Made by a program: the position numbers and the translations under genes. Under the pieces are notes generated by a model. That model did not search any database. It had not been told where the DNA came from and saw only the letters and a list, made by a program, of their open reading frames with translations. A stretch of DNA of 64,000 bases from Octopus vulgaris (Eukaryota), in assembly GCA_951406725.2 (NCBI GenBank), contig OX597816.1, positions 35,898,001 to 35,962,000 on the forward strand, in the 5' to 3' direction. Below, in pieces: positions 40,895 to 54,400 of this stretch; within the stretch, counting starts at the first letter, position 1, and each line of letters starts with the position of its first letter.

Positions 40895-41078
40895 TATGCT
40901 TGTGCTTGTATATGTACGTTAATATATCAAGTACAATTAATAAAGCTCTTTAAGGTATCATAAATCCAATTAAAATACTGGATAATTAGCAATCTATAGA
41001 AAGACCATCTAAACCGTGGTTCATATATATATATATATATATATGTATGCGTGTGTGTGTGTGGGGGGGTGTATGTAT

Positions 41079-41115
<37 letters not shown>

Positions 41116-41178
41116 AAGAATAAGGAGAAAAGGAAAAGGGAATTAATGAAATTATTTATTAATTAGAAAATACGACAT

Positions 41179-41261
41179 CTCTGACAACTCTTTAGATTCA
41201 GAAAACTTTAGATAATTAATTTATAAAATTAAAATCATTTTAAGATGAATCTCTTCAGAAG
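41179..41261 (-). ncRNA. Degenerate hammerhead (G12 mutated)
   Basis: Reverse complement ctt-CTGAAGA-gattca...tgaatc-TAAAG-agtt-GTC-agag; 6-bp stem II; close to (TA)n. Confidence 0.45.
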
Positions 41262-41319
41262 TAGTACGGATATACCGATTAGAAATACATGTTTAGATAA
41301 CGGCTATAAAACCATTGAT

Positions 41320-42345
41320 ATATTTTTGGTGAATGCACTCGTCAAACCGAAAGAGATTTCAAGAATAGTTGGAGTGTCCATAAAGACTGTTTATAATGTA
41401 AAGAATAGAACGACTATGAGCAAAACTATTACGAGGAAGTCTGAAAGTGGAGGAATCAGCAAAAAAGTACCAAAGCTTTTATTAAATCTCTCAAATCCAA
41501 AATCCGAAGTCCATGAGAAAAATGGCAATTGAACTTGAGGTAGACAACAAGACCATTAGAAATGCAGTAAAACATGATTTGAGGGTAAAATCTTACACAA
41601 GAACGCCAAAACACGTGTTGATAACAGCTATGAAGGAAAAGAGATTGGAAAGGTGCAAGAAAATTGTCACATGGTTCAAGAAAAAGTCTTCCATTTTAAA
41701 GATCTTTTCAGATGAAAAGATCTTCACTGTCGATGCTGTTCTGAATCGCAGAAATGACAGATTTATCGCAAAACTGACAGCTGAGATCAAAGGGGCATTC
41801 AAACAAAGCATCCTGCTCAAGTTATGGCTTTTGGTGTTGTCGCTTCCGATGGAAAAAATGCCTATACAATTCTACAAAGCTGATGAAAAGATCAACGTTA
41901 ATACTTAGTAGAAGACTATGAGATATCAGGTATTGCCATGGCTTAAAGCAAACTACCCAGATGGTTTTATGTATGGACACAGGATGGTTCTCCAGCCCAC
42001 ATAGCTAGAAAAGCACACGATTTCTGCAAATCCTACTTTAGCAATTTTTTTTAATCCTGTTTATGACCGCCTTCTATCCCAGATCTAAACCCTCTGGATT
42101 ATGCTATTTGCTAGAACATGCTACCAATAGAACATCACGCAGCAATGTCGACTCTCCTAAATATACTATTAAAGAAGAATGGGAGGAGTTGTTTCCTGAA
42201 TATTTGAGGAACACTTGTGCAAGATTCAGGAAGCGTGTGAAGGCAGTTATTGAAAAAGAAGGAGAACACATAGAATAAAAACATTTTCTATTAAGTAAAT
42301 TTTCTTGTGGCGAATAAATTCTCATGACGTTCAATAAACTAATTG
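41320..42345 (+). mobile_element. Tc1/mariner (DD37D/maT-like) transposase pseudogene
   Basis: HTH GVSIKTVYNVK; IFSDEKIFTVD...NRRNDR; WTQDGSPAH; PDLNPLDY; CARFRKRVKAVIEKEGEHIE; frameshifted. Confidence 0.85.
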
Positions 42346-42699
42346 TGCTTGTGTATGTGTGTGTGAGTGTGTGTTAGTATGTGTGTATGCTTGTGTATAT
42401 TAATTATTAATTATAGGATTCTATTGAATCTAGGCTCATCAACACGTTGGTCGCCAAAAATGTCTAGGTAAATAACATAAAGTTCCCAGTGCGGTAAACA
42501 ACAATGAAAATATCAAGTGCTCGCACGATACCGTAGATATGTAAGCACCAAATCCAATTTAAGCTATACATCCGATTTTGTTTTTAAACATGGCATAGTA
42601 TAAAATGAGAAGAGAAATGCAGATTCAAACTAATGACCGCTCTCTTGGTAGAATTTTATAGGTGTAGATTACACCATTACATACTATACACCATCTTCA

Positions 42700-43030
42700 C
42701 ATAATAATCAAGCGAGGCGCAGTCTGGAAGTAATGTAATCGGATGTTAGGTGTCATGTGGTCGCAGAAATTGTCCGTGCACGGTGCAGATCCCTGTTGCT
42801 AAAAGTATGATCTTCCAGCAGAAACCGACTTGACCCAGACCAGTACAACCCATACATACACTTGAAGTAGGTTGTCGTGTTTAGTGAGATGTCATGAGGG
42901 AAGATGACTGGAGGCATAGCAGCGCCATCGGTTGCAATCTCTCGAAACACCATGTTGTTGACTGGATGCTTTATTTTTATCACGCTTGGTGCATGCCCTA
43001 AGATTTCATTTTCCCATGAGTGACACACTC
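42700..43030 (-). pseudogene. Mariner-like transposase relic
   Basis: IKIKHPVNNMVF..IATDGAAMPPVIFPH. Confidence 0.55.
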
Positions 43031-43606
43031 TCTGTCTCTGTCTGTCTGTGCGTCCCTCTCTTTTTCCCTCTCTCTTTATATATATATATATATATATATG
43101 AATATATATATCTATCTATCTATATATATACACACATACATAGATGCATATATACAAATATATATGTACACGCCTAAATAAATTCACACGCGCACACACG
43201 TATATATTCCCAACCCAAATATGTGCATATATATATATATAGTTATATATATTTATATACCACATACTTATGACGGGTGCGTGCGGACGTACACAGACAT
43301 ACCATTGTATACATATACACTCACACATTTACACACACTAACATAAAACATTAAGATTTGAAATAATATAAAGAAATCATGCGAAAATGACAGGGGGTTA
43401 GGAGGTCATACACTAGAATAACAAATATTTCACTAGTTAATTAATATAGATTTTGCTAACCAATATTGTGAAAATAAGTTACCAATAGCTCAATGTGGCA
43501 CATAGTATAGATACAATTTAGATATTTAAAAAATATTTAAATAAGGCGAGGATAAATAAATATGTTACATAGTATGGTTAAACAGAAAATAAGTAGTTAA
43601 AGATAT

Positions 43607-43666
<60 letters not shown>

Positions 43667-44065
43667 ATTGGAGCCTATTAGAATTTTTAGGTTAAAATTA
43701 TGATAATATGCTTCTAATAAAATGAGAAGATTTTAAGTTCATATGCGTTAAGGATATTACCTGAACATTTAATTATTCCCCATAATGCAACGCAGTAAAG
43801 AGCAAACCCATATTTATAATTTGAATGGGTAATGCATATGTCATTATTCTCCGGTTAATTTGGAATCTAGATTTTATGGTTATATTAATTCCTCATCTGC
43901 TTAAATGTTCAAGAAGTGAAACCGATGTTGGTAAAGGCAGTTATTATATTACATCTATAGATGATATTCTTAGTGGGGCGTATGATTTTGATTTTGATTT
44001 TTCCAGTTTCAGCTAATGAGCTGTGGCCATGCTGGGGCACCGCCATTTATATGTATATTCTCTTT

Positions 44066-44097
<32 letters not shown>

Positions 44098-44116
44098 GAA
44101 AGAAGGAAAGAGACTA

Positions 44117-44157
<41 letters not shown>

Positions 44158-44158
44158 T

Positions 44159-44389
44159 ATTGTTATATTTCGGGATATAATTTTTTTTTGGTCAGATAAA
44201 TACGCGCATTATGTAGATGTTTTTCATTTCAGATTTGATATTGTTCTTATTTTGTCCTTTGTCTGGAAGGATTTCCTGACAGAGGACAACAAAAAAAATA
44301 ATAATAATATATCTGAAGAGAAGAATGAATATACAGAACTTGTGTTTATTTATTGTTTAAAATATGACCATCCTGAAATATAACGATAC
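44159..44389. repeat. Diverged tail-out palindrome of Naiad-like tails
   Basis: Outer ends tattgttatatttcggga / tcctgaaatataacgata; central hairpin ttgtcctttgtc / gacagaggacaa; the right side continues with a tail resembling 30115-30160. Confidence 0.55.
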
Positions 44390-45330
44390 CTGGTTCCAAC
44401 TCATGATTTCACACCAGGAATCTTGCAAAACAAATACAAAATCGTATATATATATATATATATGCGTGTCCGATTTTTGTATTTTTTATATATAAAATAT
44501 AGCGGTAACTGGTGTCTTGTATATAAGAATATATATCTAAATTTTGTACAATTCTATTGTTCTTTGTATTCTTTCATTCTTTCATTCTTTCTATCAGCCC
44601 TTTCACTCTTCGTTCATTTCACTCTTCGTTCTTTCGTTCCCCTTCTCTAACATTTCATGGCCTTGTCTTCATGCTCGCTTTCCCTCTTTCACTTCATCGT
44701 GTCTCTTTCATTTTTCTCTCGTCCTTCCTTAATTCTTATCTCTCTCTCTCTCTCTCTCTTCTTTCCCTACGTGACCGGTGTTCGGCCAGGCTTGACTTTT
44801 CATTCTTAGTTGGACTACTGTCCATGAAAAATCTCTATTCCTGCCTGTTCTTGTTACATCTTATGTCCCTGTCGTAATGATTTACTTCCACACACGCCAG
44901 CTTAATTCAATTCGTCCTTAGTTGAAAGACACCTGTTGTTATGTCCTGTTATTTGTATTTGTGTAACATTTCTCTGGGTTTTCTTTCGTCCTTGTTTTCT
45001 TTGTATTGTCTGACTGGATATTCTGTTGTTCCTTTTTTTTTGTCCCTTTATTTTTTTTTTACCTGTCTGGATGTTTTGCGTTCTTGTCCCATTTTTGTAT
45101 TATGTATACATATACGTGTGCCTGCGTTCGTATGTTTGCTTTTGTATGTGTGAGTGTGTGTGCATAGGTGTAAGTGTTTGTGTGTCTGTGTGTATTTGTG
45201 TGAGTGATGCTGTCTATGGGTCTGAATGTAAATACGTGGATACCTATGCAAACTAATTTGGATGGAACGAGGTAAAACTTGAAGACAGTCTCATAGCGGA
45301 ATTTTTGTGGATTTGGGGTAATCTGTCGGA

Positions 45331-45382
<52 letters not shown>

Positions 45383-45385
45383 GTA

Positions 45386-45452
<67 letters not shown>

Positions 45453-45479
45453 CTATCTATCTATCTCTCAGCCTATCTA

Positions 45480-48400
45480 CCTACCTATATTTTTATGTAT
45501 CCATCTCCATTGTCTTGGAACCTCACTCCAAAAAACAAAAAACAATTTTTTTCTTCTAAACAAAGCACCAAAAATATGTTTTATATAAATAAACAAGATA
45601 TTTGTACATTCACAAAACTGTATTTCGCAAGTTCTAGAGAGGAACAAAAGCGCTAATATTAATGAAGAAATAAAAGGATTTTTTACAAAATTCTCACGAC
45701 ATTTTTTCTCAATATTCAATTCTGTACATCACACCTAACATACTATACATATCACCGTGGATGTACAAGACGCCAAAATGAATGGAACACAATCAAAGTC
45801 GCAGCCGAGAAACACCAAAAGTATAGAACCTCTCACAGAAATATATAAGTTAAATTTACTTATTTCAAACTGGATGCAATCTTCACGAATACAGACAGAA
45901 CTGTGACTGATACCCATACTGAAGGTGCACCAACAACAGACACGAACAAGAAGAAAGTAGTAAGAACAAACCCACTTGAAACCACATCTCTGGACCTACA
46001 ACATAATACATTGAAACGATATATCTGGAAGTAACTCCTGAATCAAAGGAAGCATGCACATTGGAAGAGCATTTTATGCAACAATATAGCAAACACCTAC
46101 CAGAATTGGCGAAGTAAAGAAAGCCCAATGCTACCCAGAAAATTTCTTAATAAAGAAATAAGAAATAAATCACTCGAAGAGACAAGGATACGTGTGAGTT
46201 TAGCTCTATGACGACTGGAAAAATAAATCACTCTTCTACAATCGTGTAAAACAAGACTCGGAGTAAAAGAGGAAAATGTTGACGCAATTATGTTTACTGA
46301 AATTGCTGAGCGGAGCGATAATCAATGTCATGAAAATCTGCAAAACAAACTATGGACAGAAGACACAAAGCGGGAAGAAGAAAAATCCATAAAGATGTAG
46401 GAAAAACAAGAGTGGTTCACTAACTATCCAGAAAAAAAAAACTATGGAGACAAAACCATTATGAAAACGAATCCAAAACAACAAAGAAATGCGAGGGAAT
46501 CGAGAAAAAACATAGACACTATCCCCAGAGGTACTGAACTAAGGTATCCAACCTCTAATTACCTAAAAACATACGCAGAAATGGCGGCCATCTCACCACA
46601 AGTACAGAGTGGAAACCCATATTCTACAATGCATAAAACTGCAAATAAGCAACAAATGAAATATAGAAGACAACCATCATCCCATAAGTCCAAACTCCAT
46701 AGATGCATAAATGAAAAAAAAAAAATGACATGAAAGACAAATAACATACAGACAACTACCAACCCGTAATAACATGTACTCCAGATGGATGAATACATGG
46801 GAAGAAAAGCAAATAGAATACAAGCAGCAGAGGTGCAATAATCGGAATAATAATCATCATGATAATTCAAACAACTCACGATTTATGACTAAAATCCCAT
46901 ATATCTTGCATAGCGTAAAAAGCATGGATGATGGAAAGAAAACGAAACTTATAACCAATGGAATTCGTATAAAAGACATGAACCATCCTCTCAGCTATAT
47001 GGAAATCAGAATGCCGAGATCAGAAAACGGAGAGGTGATAACACAATTCCTTTTTTAGGGACAAAATACCAAAACCACTCACCGGGCCTGATAATACACA
47101 ACATTTAATTAAACACACACAACATATAGCGTCGAAGATCATAAATTTGTCAAATAGGCACCTCAACATAAATGAGATGATCCTCCTATTAAGACATTTA
47201 CCTCGACATCCACCCCTAATCTCATTGCACTGAAATCTGATATTGAAAACTTCAACCGTCGCCTCTGTCTTATAGAATTCTTCAGCAATAAAAATTAAAA
47301 TGATGAATCAATAGTCAGATATAAATCCCACTTCACCCCCTACGAAGAAAAGGACAAATATTTAGACGCGTATATAGACACGGTTTCTGATTTTCCCTAA
47401 ATACCCACAGATGCAAACAAAATCTACCTAAAGTAGAAAAGGAAGCCTTACAAACACTACAGAATAACATCTCAGTCATCCTAAAAGAAGCCGAGAACGG
47501 AGGGGTGATAGTAATCATGTACAAGGACTATTATAAAGATAAAATATTGGAAATGTTAAAAAACCAATCCTAATACAAGGAAGAAAAAAAACACTTCGAA
47601 AAAAAAACGATAATGGATAAAAACAGAAGACTGATTAATGAATTCCAAGATTCCTTCACAGATAAGGAGAAAAATTATATGTGCAACTCTGTAATCATAA
47701 AGAGCACTTTCTACGTATTACCCAAAATCGACAAAAGCTGCTAAATACATGTCATAAATAAGCAGAAGATCGAGTACGTAAAAATAGTAAGACCTGCTTA
47801 CCTCAAACTAAAACCAATATTTGCTAGACCTCAAGCGCCAACACAACAACTAAGTCATTTTTTAGATATACTCCTAAAACGTTTGTGCCTTTTAAGACCC
47901 AGTTAATACGGAGTGGCAGATATTTCATCCATCACATCCCTCCCACTGTCGCAGAAGGTACTATACACGAAAGCTTTGATGTCACTAATCTATATACTAA
48001 TATACCTCACACATTAGGTCTAGAAGCAATCAAATACTGGGTAGGCAAACATAGAGAACGGATAAAAGAACACTTCAAGACTGGCTTCATCACCAAGGCT
48101 ACACGCCTAGTACTAGAGGGAAATACCTTTAGATTGAACAATGAAACATATCGACAGAAAAAAGGGCACATCCATGGGTACCCTAGGCCCCCTCATATGC
48201 AAACTTTATTATGGGATACTTTGAAGACAAAACTTTACGAGGAAGTAGGATAGGTATTTTGATCAGGAATACAAGAAATATATCATTAAAAATTGGAAAC
48301 GCTTCCTGGATGATTGCTTCATCTTCTGGGTCAAATCCAATGAAGATCTGAATATATGTAACAATATAATGAACACACTTCACCCATCCATCAAATTCAG

Positions 48401-49694
48401 AACAGAATCCAGTTGCAATGAACTGCCAATACTGGATATCTATATAAATATACAGAACTCCACAGTCACAACAGATATATTTTCACAAAAATACTGGCAC
48501 ACATCAATATTTAAATTTCTACTCTGGCCATCTATCACACATCAAAAGAAATATTCCATACATCATGGCAAGGTATATCTGTGCTATAGTAGCTGACCCC
48601 AAAATACGTGAAATCCGACTCAACGAACTCATAGGTTTCTTCACAATGCAGAAATACCAATTAGGATTAATTAATGAGGGAATTAAAAAGGCGATGAAAC
48701 TGAACATCACCAAACTACGGACACCTAAGGAAAAAGTAAATGAAAACACGATTCCGTTCATTAACACATACACTCCTGGAATAACCATAACATCGAACTT
48801 ATACTCCTACAGAAAACATATACTCCTGCAAAACTCCAAAAAGAAACTCTGGTTGAAAAAAACACCTTACAGAATAGCAGACGCCAACCCAAAAATCTTT
48901 AAAAAAACACCTCACAAGGACAGAATTCAAATCAGAGAATGCATCAGATAGGACATGTGGAATATGCAACAATATCAACAACTGCAAATACTTGGAAAGT
49001 GGTTCCCACCTAAAATTCAAGAGTGATCCCTTTTCAAAATAAATGCAGATATGAATTGCGAAATGCAAAACCTCAAAAACTGCATTAATTGCTCAAACTG
49101 AAAAGAAAATTACATTGGTGAAACAAATAACTCCTTCTGCCAATGTGCAAGTATCCACAGGCAACGTATCCGACAAGAAGAATTACGCAAGATTCCATGA
49201 TTATGCATCTGGAAATATGCGACGACGGAAAACTCAAAATTTTTCACTTTTACAAATGTGCACGGGACGATCCGCAATACCAAAAAATTATGGAACAATA
49301 TTTCATAAAAAAATTATCTCCAAAGCTGAATGTTTGAAAGAAAAGCAAAGACTACATTTTGTTAGTATAATTATACTAATGTTCTCTAACGCAAAATTGA
49401 AAGAGGCGTGGAATTGAAAGAGGCCTAATCAAAGTAACACATTATAAAGAAGGACATATTCCCAACCACACACACGCACACACACACACACAAGCACACA
49501 TACATACACATACACAGAAACATGCACACACGCGCCTGTGCGCACACACATACATACACTTCATCAAGGAATCCTCCCGAAAACGGAATGTTTGATGGTA
49601 AGGTGGAGAATTTGAATACTTTATTCCAAACGTTGCTCATCTCTACAAATGTTCGGGCATATCTGTGTTGCACTGGGATGTTCTAGCTTTACGT

Positions 49695-49725
<31 letters not shown>

Positions 49726-49818
49726 GACACACACACACACACACCTGAGCGCATAATAATAATAATACTGTAATTGTTCCACGTGTTGTTGTTTTTTTCT
49801 GTTTTCCCGTTTGGATTA

Positions 49819-49823
<5 letters not shown>
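45480..49823 (+). mobile_element. Near full-length degenerate Neptune-like PLE (RT + GIY-YIG)
   Basis: ILKEAENGG, SFDVTNLYTNIPH, YRQKKG, WKRFLDDCF, LHPSIKF...ELPILDI, NYIGET; riddled with stops; PLE tail at ~49743-49823 before (TA)n. Confidence 0.85.
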
Positions 49824-49885
<62 letters not shown>

Positions 49886-50355
49886 GTATATATTCATTTA
49901 ATTTAATTTACTGATTGATTTTTCAAATTGTTAATTTACAAATATCATACTAATACATTTTCATGCACAACTACACTTTATCAAAAATGTCCCTCTAAAA
50001 ATGAATATTTGGAAGGGATATATACTAAATATAACTCATACAGGTGAAAAAGAAAGAAAGTAGGAAAAAGGAAGGAAAAAATAGAGGGATAGAAAGAAAG
50101 TAAAAAGAAAGTAAAAAACACTTGCTTTTTATTTTTATTTATTTTTTAGAAGAGGTCATCGTCCTTTGACTTATTCCAATACAATGGTAAAAGGAAAAAT
50201 TAATTAATAGAATAAATGGTGAAGAGAAAGGTGGATACTCCTATCTATCTTACCCTCTACTGCTCTGTCTATCTGTTTGACTATCTATCCAAATTTCTAT
50301 CTATACAGATATCTATCTATCTATATATCTATATATCTATCTATCATCCTACCTA

Positions 50356-50731
50356 CCTACCTATATTCTTATGTATCCATCTCCATTGTCTTGGAATGTC
50401 ACCCCAGAAAACAAAAACAATATTCTCTCCTATGCAAAACCCCCAAAAATCATCTGTTTTATATAAATGAAAAAGCTATTTGCACATTCAAAAATTGTAT
50501 TTGACATGTTCTAAAGAAGAACGAGAGTGCTAATAATAATATAGAAGTAAAAGGTTCTTCTCAAAAATTCTGACTTCTTTCTCAATATTCAATCCTGCAC
50601 ATCACACCTAGCACGATATATATATATATATAGGAAAAACGGCAAATACTTGGAAAAATGTTCCCACATAAAATTCAAGAGTGATCCCTTTTCAAAATAA
50701 ATGCAGATATGAACTGCGAAATGCAAAACCT

Positions 50732-50733
<2 letters not shown>
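50356..50733 (+). repeat. Fragments of a related PLE copy
   Basis: 50356-50610 is similar to 45476-45737; 50643-50733 is nearly identical to 48984-49074. Confidence 0.75.
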
Positions 50734-50802
<69 letters not shown>

Positions 50803-50807
50803 ATATA

Positions 50808-50838
<31 letters not shown>

Positions 50839-50925
50839 GTGTGTGTGTATAATATATATATATATATATGGGAAAACGTCAAGGTAAAAATGAAAAATGT
50901 TAAAATAATTTTATTAAAAGCATTT

Positions 50926-50961
50926 CAGTACCGTTTTCAGTGATTGAGACTTTTTCAACTG
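50926..50961 (-). ncRNA. Hammerhead-like motif with U3:A8 compensatory core
   Basis: Reverse complement cag-TTGAAAA-agt(ctcaatc)act-GAAA-acg-GTA-ctg; stem III has one mismatch. Confidence 0.55.
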
Positions 50962-51126
50962 TAAATATGGAAAACAATCACATTTTTGAAAAATTATATA
51001 AACAGACTTTTTCTAAAGATTATTAGCATTGTATTCAAATACAAGGGGCATTTTGCTTGCTTCTGCCTGTTTATCTCTCCCTTGTTTACTCTTGTGGCTT
51101 CGACGTCGTAGTGAATTCTTGGCAGA

Positions 51127-51193
<67 letters not shown>

Positions 51194-51464
51194 AAGAAGA
51201 AGAAGGAGGAGGAGGAGGAGAAGAAGAAGAAGAAGAAGAAGAAGAAGAAGAAGAAGAAGAAGAAGAAGAAGAAGAAGAAGAAGAATTATTATTCACAACG
51301 ACCTTGAACCCACAAGAGTAAACAAGAGCGACAGAGACAGACAGAAACAAGGAAAATGCCCCTTGTATTTGAATACTATGCAAATATTCTTTTAAAAGCA
51401 CTTTTCATTTAATTTTTTCAAAATTTAATAGTTTTCCATACTTACAGTTGAAAAAGCCTCAATC
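50943..51464. repeat. Imperfect tail-out inverted repeat around (AAT)n(GAA)n
   Basis: Arms ~50943-51120 / 51280-51464, e.g. gtattcaaatacaaggggcatttt / aaaatgccccttgtatttgaatac; the right arm ends within the mirror HHR (cagttgaaaaagcctcaatc). Confidence 0.85.
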
Positions 51465-54400
51465 TGTCAGGGATGCCAGACATCAGTGTTTCGAGACGTT
51501 TGCAAATTTTTCAACGGTGTTGACTTAATTTTATATCGTGCTATTGTTTTTTATGGTTGTTTAGAGTTGCCTCTCTTATGTACATCCCATTGACAAAAGT
51601 CAAAAATCTAGAAAGATCGACGTCTGGGATTCCTGATAGATGGCGACACTGAACAAACCGGGTGTTTTCACGCCTTTTTACCATAAGGGAGAGATGATGC
51701 ATGTACGTATGTAATGTATGTATGTATTCATACATACATACATATTCATGCATTTATGCGAATGAGTATATGTAATTTGGTAAAAATCAAATATCGCACA
51801 TTCGTTCAAAAAATGGCAAGATTGTTTTCGTCTTTTAGCAGACTCTTAATCACATATACTTGCAAATACTCACACACGCTCATTTCTGTGTGCACGTGTG
51901 TGTATGTGTGCATGTGTGTATTTTTTGCTTGCTTTCTGATCTCGTTTTTTCTTGTAGCGCTTTTAACTGCATATGTACTAATATTCGGTGGGAATTATCT
52001 ACACCGTATAAAACTATATATTTAATGTATGTTAAGTATATGCAACTTCAGGAACATGACATGAATTCAAAGCATACTTCTGTCCGCGAAACAACCAAGT
52101 GAGACCGAGTCTAGCCGTTTAAATAGTTTAAACAAATATATAACAATATTCAGCTAAGACAGAAACATTAAACAATATCGATTGGAAACCAAAGAATAAC
52201 TGCAATTTCTTTGTCAGTATAGATATTAAATTATTGAGCTAAATGTGTCGAATTAAATCATATAAAACCACTATTTCAGAAACTATATCAAAGGAAGCAA
52301 TTCTAAATAGATCTTTTAAAAGTTACTGAAGAAATATCAGAACTAGTGCTTTATATATTTATACGCACACACAGAGATACATATATAAATACATACATAC
52401 ATACAGCCACACATACATATAGCGTCAGGAATTCGAAATAATTACGGGCGTTTTATCTATGAAAGTAGTATCACTGCACCTGCCAAAGCAAATGTTTTGC
52501 GGTATTTGCGTGTTCTGATGAAAATAAAGATATAGTTAAAATGGAAAAGCGGGTGAAATCATGATCCTGCATTATTTTCCTACAACGAAGAAAAAACAAA
52601 AAGAATTACTATAGAGGTAGAACTACTCTACCAACACCCACCTGCAATATAGATGCTAGTACAACTAACTTACGTCATTTGATAATACGTTATGCTTGTT
52701 TTTACCCTCATATTTCTCCCTCTCTCTCGATCTCTTTCCCATTTTCTCTCTCCTCTTCTCTCGCTCCCTCTCTTTCTCCCCCTCGCTCTGTAGCTACGTA
52801 TATAAGCAATAATGAATACATAAATACCTGTACATATTCAAACTAACGCATACACATACATTCACACATACACACACACACACACACACACGCTAGCACA
52901 GTCACACACAGAATTATATCAAATGTAAGATTTGTGGGAATGGTGTATGTGTATATATGCATCTACAAAAGAAGTAAAGGCAGTGGCGAAATGGAAGAAC
53001 ATTGTTGCTCTTTGAACACAATCATTTGCGATATTTTTCACGGAGTTACACATACGTTATTCTTTACCTACTGTGATATACAATATACAAATTAAGATAG
53101 ACTTCAATACCTACAAACTCTAATTCGTATATACTGGAAGTAAGACATGGTTGCTATCAATACTTTTGCTGTACCGATGATTAATTGATCGTGCCCCGAG
53201 AATGTTGTAAAGCAGTGCTGCTTCCTACGTTTAGTATCTAATATCAGAAAGTAATGATGTTTAGGAACATATGCCGAATATATTTGTTTGGTGCCCCAAT
53301 TATTCTGCATATTGAAGCACTATTCCATATAGGGAAGAGGTTCTTGTGAAGGTTTCTATTTCTTTCAGATCTCTCATGCCAGTTAACATCTAACACAAGA
53401 AATATAAGGGCATTCATTTATTGTTGCCTTGTGTGAGATGCATAGCGATTTAGATATTGACAACTTTTCAAACGTTACAAGATATTTTGTACAAGAATTT
53501 CGTTTGGAATTATAATTCTTTGGCGGGAATGTTTAATCTATATCAAGAGAAAACATCATCCTAAATATTGCCAAAAATGTTCGGGGTAGTGGAGTGAACT
53601 ATCAGAATGTATCGATACAAATAGTATATACTGAGCAGATTAACTTCATGTCTAAGATACAGGAAAAACGTTTGATTCTTTTCAAGTGATACTTAACAAG
53701 TTTTAAAAAGCCCACAAACATGGCATGCTTTGGTTCTTCTCTGCTAAGAAAAATCATTTACCAAAACTAAAAGCATAAGAGGAAAAATTTCAGATGTTTA
53801 TGTGCCAATAATTCTGATGACCCGAGAGTTGAGCACCCTAAATTTTAGCCAACTAAAATGATTTTTAAGAGAGGTAAGTAATGAAGGTGATGCCACGCCA
53901 CCTCAAAGCTTTCCATAGGATCTTAGAATTAATGTTGCTTCATATGTTGAAGCACTGGAGACAGATTTTAAGTCCCGGATTGTTGAAGTACACAACAGAA
54001 GTTAAGAAGTGTTTCATCAAGTGTCAATAATTTCTCACAGATCGCAAGTATTACAGGAAATGGTATTAGGCGATCATTACGATCTTCGGACACCAAACAA
54101 GTGTCCTTCAAAGCCAGAGTTAAGTCTCGTAACTGCTACGTTTGGAGCGTTGCAGGAAGGGAAACTAATCGACATCTTTAGAATAATTCATAGACTACAA
54201 CAGGTGATGTTCCGAATGGATAAGTGTCATTTAGCCTGGGCTTCTCAAGGATTCCAAGTCCCGCATTGGAACTGTTGTCGAAGCAAAAGAAAAATTCATA
54301 AAATACGCTTATAAGATGGATTATCCAGAATATGTGCACAATTCTGTATTGAAATACTTTAATTTGTTGCTAGATTAGAGTTGTTTTATCATATTATCAA

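Noticed and set aside
45255-45295. Possible decayed HHR upstream of the Neptune-like ORF (also 49590-49640)
   Set aside because: Plausible position but too many core mismatches to support
53813-53840. Isolated CTGATGA motifs (also 19737, 52515, 55943)
   Set aside because: No stem II followed by a GAAA core; expected by chance
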